From Bdellovibrionales bacterium (lineage in GTDB: Bacteria; Bdellovibrionota; Bdellovibrionia; Bdellovibrionales; JAGQZY01), in assembly GCA_031426555.1 (NCBI GenBank), contig JANPLN010000041.1, positions 1 through 18,878 on the forward strand: a stretch of DNA of 18,878 nt, given 5' to 3'. Positions 1 through 8,340 of this stretch are shown here, piece after piece. Made by a program: the position numbers and the translations under genes. The number at the start of each line of letters is the position of its first letter. Position 1 is the stretch's first letter. Under the pieces are notes generated by a model, which worked only from the letters and a program-made list of their open reading frames with translations, made no database searches and was not told the origin of the DNA.

Positions 1-2
1 GT

Positions 3-965
3 CGCTCTTTTGCTTGGGGCAAGCGTGGCCACGAAACTGTAGGAAGCTTGGCAGCGCAGCTGCTTGCCAAAGAACTTCCGCAAGGCCGCTTTTTAAGCAG
101 CCACGCCTTTGACATGGGTTTTTATAACAATGCCCCTGACCTTGTTTGGAAAGCCGATCCAGAAACCTACAAAAAAGAGTTTCCCCAACACTTTTTAGAC
201 CTGGAACTTTTTGATCGCGCCTTTGCAAAGGCCGCTCAGAGTGCCGCTCCGGTCACTGCCGCCCCGCCTAAGAATGTGGGCACCGAGGGCAGTTTAGACG
301 GCAGTTCAATTGCAGCTCAGTGGAACCCATCGCGGGCGGAGTTTTTTAAAACCTTTCCCGACCTCAACGAAAAAGCCGGTCGCGCCCCGTGGCGCATTCA
401 GGAGCTCTGCCTTCGCCTTGATAAAATTGTTCAGAATTTAAAAAAGAAAAACCTGAGCAAAAAAGAGCATCATCAGCTGCAAGAACAGTGGCTCGTTACT
501 GCAGGGATCCTAGGGCATTACATTGCCGATCTCGCACAGCCTATGCACGTGACCGAAAACTACGACGGGCAACTCACAAAGCAAAAAGGCTTGCACCACT
601 GGTTTGAAGAAAACATTGTCGACGACCTCTACCCAGCCATCACCGATGAAGTCTATAAAAAAGCTCAAGCTCAGTGGAAAGCCTTTTACCAAACCCATCA
701 AAAAATGACGGCCTTTGATTTGAGTCTAGAACTTGTGAAGGACTCCCATAAAAATTTAAAGCGTGTTTTAGATTTGGATAAAAAATTGGGTCGCGCTTCG
801 GAACGAAAAGTTTCGGGTGAGTATCGCGAGCTTGTGATTGAACGCCTTAGCACCGGAGTGTTGTTCCTGGCCACGATTTGGGCGCAGCATTTGGATTGGC
901 CCTACAATGGGGATAAGTTTTTTAACTTTGTGGTTAAGCCTGATTATATCGAACCAGGCACTTAA
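3..965 (+). CDS. S1/P1 nuclease / Zn-dependent phospholipase C superfamily protein, 5'-truncated by the window edge
   Basis: The frame is open upstream of the listed start (48) and reads RSFA-WGKRGHETVG, i.e. the end of a signal peptide plus the mature N-terminal WGxxGH Zn motif. Further family motifs: NAPD, HFLDL, GRAPW, GHYIADLAQPMH, GLHHWFE. Confidence 0.85.
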   Translation, partial: RSFAWGKRGHETVGSLAAQLLAKELPQGRFLSSHAFDMGFYNNAPDLVWKADPETYKKEFPQHFLDLELFDRAFAKAAQSAAPVTAAPPKNVGTEGSLDGSSIAAQWNPSRAEFFKTFPDLNEKAGRAPWRIQELCLRLDKIVQNLKKKNLSKKEHHQLQEQWLVTAGILGHYIADLAQPMHVTENYDGQLTKQKGLHHWFEENIVDDLYPAITDEVYKKAQAQWKAFYQTHQKMTAFDLSLELVKDSHKNLKRVLDLDKKLGRASERKVSGEYRELVIERLSTGVLFLATIWAQHLDWPYNGDKFFNFVVKPDYIEPGT

Positions 966-1080
966 GGCCGAGACTGCGCGCTGAGCCAAAATTTTAGACA
1001 TTGTAAGTTGATATCGACATTAAACCGATTTCTGATGTGGGAAGGGGCTTGGGTGGTCTTTTTTTATTTGGGGTGGGTCG

Positions 1081-1884
1081 ATGAAATTTCTTATTCTATT
1101 TTTGCTTTCCGTTAACATATCCTCAGCAGCGCTGGCAAATTCACGCCGCATTCAGTTCACGCAAAAAATTGTGGGTGGAATGGATGCCAAAGAGGGACAA
1201 GTTCCTTTTATCGTTTCCCTTAGAAAGTATGGACAGCATTTTTGTGGTGGTTCTTTAGTGAAAGATAATTGGGTTCTCACTGCAGCTCATTGCATAGAAG
1301 GCGGCGGAGACCCAGATCATATCTTGCTGGGTTCGCTCAAAAGCGACGAAGCTCACAACGCACAAAAAATCAATATTGCAAAAGTGTTCGTCCATCCAAA
1401 CTACAATAAATCCACGGCTTCGGGATCAGATTTTGCGCTTATCAAATTGCAAAAGAGTGCCAGCCTTGCACTTGCCGAGCTCAACCAAGAAAATTTGGAA
1501 GTGAGCTCTGTAAAACAGTTTTTGGTGGCTGGCTGGGGATACTTGTCAGAGAAGGGCTATACTACTTCCGATGAGCTTCAAATCGTCGATGTTCCCTATG
1601 TGGAGCAAAATAAATGCGAAGAGCAGTTTCAGAATGTCGAAAAGTCAGAATCTCCTTATTTAGACAATACGATGTTTTGCGCTGGCTACGAGGAGGGCAA
1701 AAAAGACGCTTGCCAAGGGGACAGTGGCGGCCCGATTTTTTACAAAGATCAAATCACGCAAAAATTTGTTCTGGTGGGAGTTGTGAGTTGGGGCTACGGC
1801 TGCGCTCGTAAAAACGTGAGTGGCGTTTATGGCAACATTGCCAGCGAATATTCGTGGATCAATAAAACCATCGAGACTAATTAA
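1081..1884 (+). CDS. Secreted trypsin-like serine protease (peptidase S1A)
   Basis: Signal peptide, short propeptide ending K|IVGG, HFCGGSL, LTAAHC (His), DFALIKL (Asp), KDACQGDSGGP (Ser, with the S1-pocket Asp giving trypsin specificity), VSWGYGC. Confidence 0.96.
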   Translation: MKFLILFLLSVNISSAALANSRRIQFTQKIVGGMDAKEGQVPFIVSLRKYGQHFCGGSLVKDNWVLTAAHCIEGGGDPDHILLGSLKSDEAHNAQKINIAKVFVHPNYNKSTASGSDFALIKLQKSASLALAELNQENLEVSSVKQFLVAGWGYLSEKGYTTSDELQIVDVPYVEQNKCEEQFQNVEKSESPYLDNTMFCAGYEEGKKDACQGDSGGPIFYKDQITQKFVLVGVVSWGYGCARKNVSGVYGNIASEYSWINKTIETN

Positions 1885-3185
1885 ATTGTGGGCGGCAAGG
1901 TCAGCACGTCGCCTTTGCCAGTATAAAAAACTTTAAACCAGGGCGCGTACTGATCGGTGATAAAGCGAGTTGTCCACGGGACAGTGCCCTTCCAAATCAA
2001 GCGCGAGTAACGAAAAAACACCCGTGAAGAGTTTGGATCCCAATCGCCCCCTAAGGTTGGATCAAGGGCCAACTTGTCTCGATCATATTGCACAGAGGTA
2101 CAACTAAACTCAGGGTGAACTTTTGTGCCCAACACATAGGGCTGTGTGACTTCGAGAGCCGCAAGGAGTTTAGCACTGGAAGTGGCACTCACCATTGCGG
2201 GGTTTAAAACCATAAATGGAGCGAGCTCTGTAATTCCCGAAACGTGATAAACAAAAGCATCGCGCTGCTGGAGATCGTAACTCCCGTAGGACCCTACACT
2301 GCGCAAATTTGCACAAGTGCTCAGCGCAAATCCTGAAGGAGCCGTGTACTGAGTGTTAATATCCTGATTGATGGCCGTTTTTAACTGTTGAATGACTGTA
2401 TTGTTATTTAAAATTATATTTGCATACACGCGAACCATCAAATGCCGAGTCTTCCAGTTGTTTTTCAAACGGCCGTCGTTAGGCATTAGGCTTCCCATAA
2501 AAGTCACTTCTTTGGCGTCCATCCTGGTTGCCAGGCTACGAACGGCAGTAATCTGCACTTGATTCATCATTGGGAAAATCAAATCCGCCACGGTAAAAAG
2601 TTTTACAAAGAATCGCTCGTTGATGGGGTTTCCGTCTCCAACGTAAGTTGTATTCCAATCTACGATAAATTTAGCGACGGAGTTGAGCGCGCTCATTCGG
2701 TCCATGGGAGTTTTTGCAAAGTACACGCAAAAAGCCACATCCAGAGCTTTATCGAAAGCCGCTTTTACATCTTTCATTGCTGCAATTTTGGGGTCTCCCG
2801 GCAGATGTCCTTCATCATAAACAATAGGTGAATATTTAACAGTGGCCTCAAAATCCAAACGTTTGGTTTCACATTGGTTAGCCAGGCCGTTCACGGCTTT
2901 GATGAAATCGGGATTGGTCTCCATAAAAGTCCAATTCATTTTAAAGGCTTCAACCATTGGCGTCGCTTCGGACGGAAGAACATAAGCTTTGCCGGGAGGG
3001 GTTATCGGAGGGTCAACGTCCGGATCCTGTGTGTCGTCGGTGGATTGTTGCTCCATGGAGCCGAATTTTGAATCATACTGAGAACCGCAGTTTTGAAAGA
3101 AGAAAAATAAACCAATGAGAGGAAAAGTGATAAACAAATATTTTTGATTTTTTTTAAACAACAAAACGCCCCCGCCTTGATTCAA
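1881..3185 (-). CDS. Lipoprotein with an alginate-lyase-like (alpha/alpha toroid polysaccharide lyase) domain; true start may be TTG at 3164 or 3161
   Basis: Lipobox-type signal LFFFFQN|C and a Pro/Asp linker, then motifs I associate with alginate lyase family proteins: W..TY..DGNPINE, KNNW, GSYDLQQRDAFVYHV, HPEF...VQYDR. Its stop overlaps the protease stop at 1881-1884. Confidence 0.6.
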   Translation of the reverse strand: MNQGGGVLLFKKNQKYLFITFPLIGLFFFFQNCGSQYDSKFGSMEQQSTDDTQDPDVDPPITPPGKAYVLPSEATPMVEAFKMNWTFMETNPDFIKAVNGLANQCETKRLDFEATVKYSPIVYDEGHLPGDPKIAAMKDVKAAFDKALDVAFCVYFAKTPMDRMSALNSVAKFIVDWNTTYVGDGNPINERFFVKLFTVADLIFPMMNQVQITAVRSLATRMDAKEVTFMGSLMPNDGRLKNNWKTRHLMVRVYANIILNNNTVIQQLKTAINQDINTQYTAPSGFALSTCANLRSVGSYGSYDLQQRDAFVYHVSGITELAPFMVLNPAMVSATSSAKLLAALEVTQPYVLGTKVHPEFSCTSVQYDRDKLALDPTLGGDWDPNSSRVFFRYSRLIWKGTVPWTTRFITDQYAPWFKVFYTGKGDVLTLPPTI

Positions 3186-3279
3186 TATAGAATAATCTAA
3201 ATAAGGGACTTTCTTTAAAATTTAATGAAGGAGTCTCAATCTCAAGCGGTTCTCTGTTTCATTCCGAGACTTTAGGTTC

Positions 3280-3606
3280 TTAAACGCCAAAAGACGAGCC
3301 ACAACCGCAGGTGCGAGTGGCGTTGGGATTGTTAAAAACAAAGCCCTGACCGTTGAGGCCGCCTTGATAATCCAAATTCATGCCGACGAGGTACAAATAG
3401 CTTTTTTTGTCGATCACGATTTTTACACCTTGGCTTTCGATGATCTTGTCATCGGGCCCAGCGTCCTTCGAGAAATCCAATTTGTACGACATTCCCGAGC
3501 AACCACCGGTCACCACATTCACCCGCAGTAAAGCGTCAGCAGCCATGTTTTCACTGGCTTGGAGGTGGGCGATTTGTTTTGCGGCGTTTTCGGTCACTTG
3601 AATCAT
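3280..3606 (-). CDS. iscA: Iron-sulfur cluster assembly accessory protein (A-type carrier, IscA/HesB family)
   Basis: IxVTENA N-terminus, LRVxVxxGGCSGMSY, FxFxNPNAxxTCGCGSSF. Confidence 0.95.
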   Translation of the reverse strand: MIQVTENAAKQIAHLQASENMAADALLRVNVVTGGCSGMSYKLDFSKDAGPDDKIIESQGVKIVIDKKSYLYLVGMNLDYQGGLNGQGFVFNNPNATRTCGCGSSFGV

Positions 3607-3621
3607 GGTTTTATCATAACA
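3607..3621 (-). promoter_or_regulatory. Putative extended -10 promoter directly upstream of the iscA ATG (possible leaderless mRNA)
   Basis: Minus strand reads TG-t-TATGAT-aaaacc-ATG, with no Shine-Dalgarno before the ATG. Confidence 0.5.
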
Positions 3622-3640
3622 AATTTTGAGTTTTTTTTCA

Positions 3641-4234
3641 TCATCTTTTGCCTTGGGGGCGATTTCGAGAAGATCTGCCGTTCTGATTGTTGCCGCGGTT
3701 GCCCTGATTGCCTTGAGGCTGCCGCTGGCGTTGCTGCTGCGGCCGACCCTCTAAGCCCTTGGAATCGCGAGAAAAATCATTATAAAACGTGTCGTGGCCC
3801 GGGCGCTCTTCCTTGGGGTCAACGCTGGTCACAAGCTGCGCGTCTTCTTTGTATTCCTCAATAAGTACACCCTTCACCGCATGGGACTTTTCACCATCTG
3901 GGCGATTTGCACGCCCCTGCGGTCTCTTAGCCACTCGGTGTTCTTTTTCGAGCTGTTCTGAAAGATCCACAACCACGTCGCCAAAGCAACGAAGCTGGCA
4001 CGACAGTCGACTCTGGTCCACATAATAGGCTGTACCGATAAGGCTGAGCTCTTTTGAAGATGGGTGAGGCACGTTGTTCTCACCCTGTTTAATTTGAATT
4101 CTACATTCAGCGCACGAAGGAAGCCCCTTACACACCGATTGAATATGCAAATCGTGTCTTTGAGCTAAGTGCAGCACGGTCTCGTTAAATTCGATTTCGT
4201 GCTCCACATCCATTGGCAAAAATTTTACTTTCAT
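3641..4234 (-). CDS. [2Fe-2S] ferredoxin-domain protein with a long disordered, R/Q/N/G-rich C-terminal tail
   Basis: SVCKGLPSCAEC ... SRLSCQ (adrenodoxin/Fdx-type Cys pattern) in the first ~90 aa, followed by ~100 aa ending RPQQQRQRQPQGNQGNRGNNQNGRSSRNRPQGKR. Confidence 0.85.
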   Translation of the reverse strand: MKVKFLPMDVEHEIEFNETVLHLAQRHDLHIQSVCKGLPSCAECRIQIKQGENNVPHPSSKELSLIGTAYYVDQSRLSCQLRCFGDVVVDLSEQLEKEHRVAKRPQGRANRPDGEKSHAVKGVLIEEYKEDAQLVTSVDPKEERPGHDTFYNDFSRDSKGLEGRPQQQRQRQPQGNQGNRGNNQNGRSSRNRPQGKR

Positions 4235-4248
4235 TTTAGCACCCTAAC

Positions 4249-5820
4249 TTAGCGAGCATGCTCCACAGCACGAGTTTCACGAACCACAGAAATCTTGATC
4301 TGACCTGGGTACTTCATCTCTTTTTCGATCTTGCGAGCGATATCACGGCTCAGCATGACTGACTGCTCGTCGGTCACGCGGCTGCTATCCACGATCACGC
4401 GAATCTCGCGACCCGCTTGAATCGCAAATGTGCGCTCCACGCCTTCGAAACTGTTGGCGATGGATTCAAGATCTTCAAGACGTTGAATGTAGTTTTCGGC
4501 CATGGACTTGCGAGCACCTGGGCGTGCGCTACTTAACGCATCGGCCGCTTGAACGATGTACGCTAGTAATGTGCGCGGCTTTTCGTCCTCGTGATGCGAA
4601 CGAATCGCATGGCACACAGGCTCTGGTTCACCGTAACGTTTTGCAAAGTCGGCACCAATCACCGCATGGGATCCTTCGATACTATGATCCATGGCTTTTC
4701 CAAGATCGTGCAGCAGTCCTGCACGTCGAGCCATTTTTACGTCGGCGCCCATTTCAGCCGCCATCAAGCCGGCGAGCATGCCCACTTCCATGGAGTGGCT
4801 GTAATTGTTTTGCGCATAGGATGTTCGGTATTTTAAGCTGCCAAGAATTTTATGAATCTCGGCGTTGACACCGTTAATTCCTAAATCCATACAGGCTTTT
4901 TCGCCATCCATTTTTATCGATTTAAAAAGCTCTTTTTTGGTTTTATCCACTACTTCTTCGATACGACCGGGATGGATTCTTCCATCCACCATCAAGGTTT
5001 CGAGAGCGCGGCGAGCCACTTCACGGCGAACCGGATCGAAGCCCGAAATCACAACCGCTTCGGGGGTTTCGTCTAAAATCAAATCCACTCCGCACATGGC
5101 TTCGATGGCGCGAATGTTTCGCCCTTCTTTACCGATGATCTTTCCTTTAAGCTCTTGATCGGGAAGCGGCACAACAGTAATGGTTTTTTCGGCAGCGTAT
5201 TCCCCGGCGAAGCGCGAAATCGCCATGCCAATGATGCGTTTGGCTTTTTGCTCAGCCTGCGCTTTAGCGTCTTCTTCGACGGCGATGACCATTTTTGCTG
5301 ATTCCGATTCCACTTCTTCCTTGAGAGCCTGCTTCATTTCTTCTTTGGCTTGATCTTTAGAAATGTTAGAAATGGATTCGAGCTTCTCGGTCAATTGACG
5401 ATTTTTTGTCGCGTTTTCTTCTTTCACAGATTCCAGGCGAGTTTCTTGCGCTTTTAATTTTTCTGATTTTTCGCGCATCTCGAGTTTTTGTTTTTCGAGT
5501 TCTTCCTGTTTGCGTTTGAATTCGCGTTCAAGCTCTTTGCCGCGCTCATCAAGTTTCTGCTCAACCTGGCGCGATTGATCTTTTTGCTTGCGAACTTCGC
5601 CCTCTAAATTTTTACGCATGCGCTGGTCGGCTTCGCGCGCTTTATCAGCTGTTTCTTTTTCGATGCGAGCGGCATCGGAACGAGCTTTGTTGATAATGCG
5701 AGCGGCTTCGTTTTGCGCCGTTTTTTTCTTTTTGTTTTCTACAGCCATTTTATAGCCAGCAAAAACACCTACACCTAAAACGATTCCTACAATTAAATAA
5801 ACAATAGACATTGCGTCCAT
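4249..5820 (-). CDS. rny: Ribonuclease Y
   Basis: N-terminal TM helix, long coiled coil, KH domain (KGKIIGKEGRNIRAIE, DGRIHPGRIEE), HD domain (YRTSYAQN..HS, AGLLHDLGK, ADALSSARPGAR), FAIQAGREIRV. Start set at ATG 5820 behind AGGAG rather than the ORF-track start 5937. Confidence 0.97.
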   Translation of the reverse strand: MDAMSIVYLIVGIVLGVGVFAGYKMAVENKKKKTAQNEAARIINKARSDAARIEKETADKAREADQRMRKNLEGEVRKQKDQSRQVEQKLDERGKELEREFKRKQEELEKQKLEMREKSEKLKAQETRLESVKEENATKNRQLTEKLESISNISKDQAKEEMKQALKEEVESESAKMVIAVEEDAKAQAEQKAKRIIGMAISRFAGEYAAEKTITVVPLPDQELKGKIIGKEGRNIRAIEAMCGVDLILDETPEAVVISGFDPVRREVARRALETLMVDGRIHPGRIEEVVDKTKKELFKSIKMDGEKACMDLGINGVNAEIHKILGSLKYRTSYAQNNYSHSMEVGMLAGLMAAEMGADVKMARRAGLLHDLGKAMDHSIEGSHAVIGADFAKRYGEPEPVCHAIRSHHEDEKPRTLLAYIVQAADALSSARPGARKSMAENYIQRLEDLESIANSFEGVERTFAIQAGREIRVIVDSSRVTDEQSVMLSRDIARKIEKEMKYPGQIKISVVRETRAVEHAR

Positions 5821-5822
5821 AA

Positions 5823-6398
5823 CTACTCCTTTTTTGCAGAACTTCGAATCACCTGTTCTTCGGTGATCACAAAATCCATACCTATATCCCAGGCATCTGT
5901 TGGAAGACTTGTTTCGCTCACTCGAGGTGAAAAACAAACTCCTACCTTAAGCCCCTTAAATTGTTGAAGTGCACGATCGTAAAAAGATTTTCCTCGTCCC
6001 AACCGCTGCCCGTGGCGGTCGAAAGCTTGTCCTGGAATCAACAGTCCGCGAACTTGTTTAAAGTCCACTTGTTTTGAGTTTTCGGCGGATGGCTCTTCAA
6101 TGCCGTACGCACCTCTAAAAAAACTCGCATGTTGTTTTGGAATCCAAAAGCTGAGATCTAATCCGTTCACCTTGGGAAAGGCCCAGGTGATATGCGATGA
6201 TTGCTCTATGGCCGGAACCACAGAGGCTTCATCGGAGAGGGGTTGGTATGCGCACCAAATGCCCTTTTCTTCGTTTAAAAACTCAACCAAATGTTGGTTT
6301 AGTGTTGCTTGCTTTGTAGCCAGCTCCACGCCCAGCCCTTCGCGCCATTTCTTATCGAGCTGACTGAAGTGCTTTCGCAAGGTTTCCTTGCTTTCCAA
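5823..6398 (-). CDS. ygfA: 5-formyltetrahydrofolate cyclo-ligase
   Basis: SKETLRK N-terminus, YGIEEP, LIPGQAFDRHGQRLGRGKSFYDR, WDIGMDFVITE. Start set at TTG 6398 behind GGAG; the ORF track extends to 6458. Confidence 0.92.
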   Translation of the reverse strand: MESKETLRKHFSQLDKKWREGLGVELATKQATLNQHLVEFLNEEKGIWCAYQPLSDEASVVPAIEQSSHITWAFPKVNGLDLSFWIPKQHASFFRGAYGIEEPSAENSKQVDFKQVRGLLIPGQAFDRHGQRLGRGKSFYDRALQQFKGLKVGVCFSPRVSETSLPTDAWDIGMDFVITEEQVIRSSAKKE

Positions 6399-6417
6399 TG
6401 ATGGACTCCAAAAGTTC

Positions 6418-6479
6418 CAGTGACGCTTTAAGGAATTTCCCTTAAGTTCGCAAACCATTTGCGAACTTAGCGTGCACTA
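6418..6479 (-). other. Compact structured element (possible three-way RNA junction) between zapA and ygfA
   Basis: Perfect 12-bp stem taagttcgcaaa/tttgcgaactta (6443-6469), a small second hairpin, and a closing stem (minus strand agtg-c-acgct / agcgt-cact). Confidence 0.4.
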
Positions 6480-6776
6480 TGTATTGGAAATTTGTAGATC
6501 CGAGAGAATGCGATTGGCGAGATTTTCAATGTGATTTAGTTCCTGACTCGTACTCTGCTTAAAAACATAAAGATCTTCCGCAAGTCGAAGGCAGGCCAAT
6601 ACTAAAGCTTTTTGTGGCGATATTTTTGCAACCTCAACGTCAACACGTTTGTTGACCATCTCAAGAATTTCATCAAGCGTATGATGATTGTGCGAGGTTT
6701 TAAGTCTCATTGAAACACCAGCGATATCAATCTCGTGACTTGTCAGTTTTTCCGCTGACGTGCTGGTGCTGACCAT
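6477..6776 (-). CDS. zapA: Cell division protein ZapA
   Basis: EIDIAGVSMRLK ... VNKRV ... ALVLACLRLAEDL, then a coiled coil. About 100 aa, in the canonical position upstream of ygfA-rny. ATG 6776 follows GGAG. Confidence 0.85.
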   Translation of the reverse strand: MVSTSTSAEKLTSHEIDIAGVSMRLKTSHNHHTLDEILEMVNKRVDVEVAKISPQKALVLACLRLAEDLYVFKQSTSQELNHIENLANRILSDLQISNT

Positions 6777-6845
6777 TGCTAACTCCAAATCTTAAATAAA
6801 CAAATTTCCTAATATTATTAGTAACATGTGCTTTGAGTTTTGGTC

Positions 6846-6941
6846 AATAAAACAAAGGGCCACCACTGGCCCTTTGAAATAAACCGCAAGGGCCACCACT
6901 GGCCCTTTGAAATAAACAAAAGGGCCCTGGCAGGCCCTTTG
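6846..6941 (-). terminator. Three tandem ~32-bp hairpin units (triplicated intrinsic terminator or REP-like array) downstream of the HiPIP gene
   Basis: Units are aataaaacAAAGGGCCAccacTGGCCCTTTg, aaataaaccgcAAGGGCCAccacTGGCCCTTtg and aaataaacaAAAGGGCCctggcaGGCCCTTTg. On the minus strand each GC stem is followed by a U-rich tract. Confidence 0.75.
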
Positions 6942-6973
6942 TCGTAGATTTGACTATTTTTTTAGCAGGCTAC

Positions 6974-7318
6974 TTAGGCTTTAGCCCAAGACATACACCA
7001 GCCGTTTTTAGCAACCACTTTGGCTGCGAAAATCGAACATGGTGCATACGGCGCATTTTTGTCCACAGACTTGCACGTTGGATCTAATTCTTTAGCCGCA
7101 CACTGGTTCCACTTCGCGCAGGTGTGACAAATGGCTTTTTTGTCAGCTCTTTCCGGTCCCGCTTTGCTGGCGTCGGCCACATATTTCATTGCCTTAGAAA
7201 GAGGCTCGGCCTCACTAAGAGCATTGGCTGGGGCTCCGGCGGCGAACGAAATTCGCGGGATCACAAAAGCGATGGGTGAAAGGGCAAGGACTTGTAGTAA
7301 CGAACGTCTTTTGATCAT
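6974..7318 (-). CDS. High-potential iron-sulfur protein (HiPIP), Tat-exported
   Basis: Twin-arginine signal KRRSLL...SFA, then LSE.EP..KAMKYV.DA, CHTC, CSIF, V..NGWCMSW. AGGAG RBS. Confidence 0.92.
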   Translation of the reverse strand: MIKRRSLLQVLALSPIAFVIPRISFAAGAPANALSEAEPLSKAMKYVADASKAGPERADKKAICHTCAKWNQCAAKELDPTCKSVDKNAPYAPCSIFAAKVVAKNGWCMSWAKA

Positions 7319-7394
7319 ATTATCTCCTGGTTGATCGTAATTGAAAACATAATGAAATATAAAAGACTGCCAAATGAATGTCTAGCTCGTTTTG

Positions 7395-7443
7395 AAAAAG
7401 TTTACGAATTATTAAACTTTTTGTAAAGGTACCAAGTACCTTT
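7395..7443. repeat. Two adjacent inverted repeats in the cytochrome c-HiPIP intergenic region
   Basis: aaaaagttta-N8-taaacttttt (7395-7422) and aaaggtac-caa-gtaccttt (7425-7443). Confidence 0.6.
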
Positions 7444-7486
7444 TGCGGCGGCGGGGCGTTATTTTAGGGCGTGTTTTTAGACGAAG

Positions 7487-8260
7487 TTAATTATTGAGGG
7501 CGCCGTTGGCGATCCACTGGGAAATGGCGCTAAGTTCGTTTGTAACAAGACGTGGCGCACTCCGTGGCATGTTACCACTTTGAACCTGAGTATAAAAAGC
7601 GCTCCCCGCGGGATTGCCCGCCACCACGGTTCGCAAGGTGTTGGCATAGCTATCATACCGAACACCACCTCGCGCCAGAGCGGCACCGTGGCATGAGATA
7701 CATTTGGGCTCGAGGATGAATTTACGAATCGAGGCATACGTGGGCTGCAGCGTATCCACTGGTACTGGTACCGGAGTTGGTGTTGGAGTTGGAGTTGGCG
7801 CTGGTGTTGGTGTTGGCGCTGGCACTTCGGGCTCCAAAGCTGCCAGCTGGTTGGACCAATCGGTGATGGCAGCTAAAACCTCCATCGCCACAGATTGTGG
7901 AAACCCCTGGTGGCCGGAATTTATTTTAAGATAAAACAGCGACGAAGCGGGCGTTTTTAAATCGACCAGCGAGTTATTGAGCACAGTCGTATGGGAGGCA
8001 TTCACATCGGCCACTGAGTGAAGAGGTGCCTGATTTGTTCCGTGGCAGGCTGCACAGTTGGTTCGCAAAACTGGAAACAAGGTTTGTTCGTAGATTGCAA
8101 GGGAAGCGCTTTCTAAAGGGCCACCGATGATATCCGAACTGTCCTGTTGTGCGCTGATAGAGCCACTGATACCAGTCATGTGGGTGGGACTGCAGTTTAA
8201 AAAGAAAATCATAGTAAGCAGTGGCACAACAATTAGGTAAACTTTGGCTTTTAAAGACAT
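7487..8260 (-). CDS. Di-haem c-type cytochrome lipoprotein (two planctomycete-cytochrome-c-like domains joined by a Pro/Thr linker)
   Basis: Lipobox FFLN|C, two CxxCH motifs (NCAACHG, KCISCHG), VVAGNPAGS...GNMP...ISQWIANGA, and a PAPTPTPAPTPTPTPTPVPVP linker. Confidence 0.85.
   Translation of the reverse strand: MSLKAKVYLIVVPLLTMIFFLNCSPTHMTGISGSISAQQDSSDIIGGPLESASLAIYEQTLFPVLRTNCAACHGTNQAPLHSVADVNASHTTVLNNSLVDLKTPASSLFYLKINSGHQGFPQSVAMEVLAAITDWSNQLAALEPEVPAPTPTPAPTPTPTPTPVPVPVDTLQPTYASIRKFILEPKCISCHGAALARGGVRYDSYANTLRTVVAGNPAGSAFYTQVQSGNMPRSAPRLVTNELSAISQWIANGALNN
7757..7831 (-). repeat. Low-complexity 6-nt-period repeat encoding the Pro/Thr/Val linker of the cytochrome
   Basis: Imperfect tandem ggagtt/ggtgtt/ggtact hexamers on the + strand. 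Confidence 0.7.
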
Positions 8261-8340
8261 AACTACACCCCTACTTACTATGATAATGGGTCGTACTTAC
8301 ATATTCATCATTTTACTTTCAACTTTCCCAGATTGATTCG

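Noticed and set aside
1004..1031. Sigma28/FliA-like promoter (TAAG-N16-ACCGATTT) upstream of the trypsin gene
   Set aside because: Spacing and both boxes deviate from TAAA-N15-GCCGATAA; too weak to call.
5821..5937. N-terminal extension of RNase Y given in the ORF track
   Set aside because: It overlaps ygfA; ATG 5820 has a strong AGGAG and begins directly with the expected TM helix.
6399..6476. Full-length 6S RNA gene
   Set aside because: The gap is far too short for a canonical 6S RNA; reported only as a structured element.
6846..6941. Possible mini-CRISPR array
   Set aside because: The units are directly adjacent with no unique 25-40-nt spacers, and there are no cas genes in the window.
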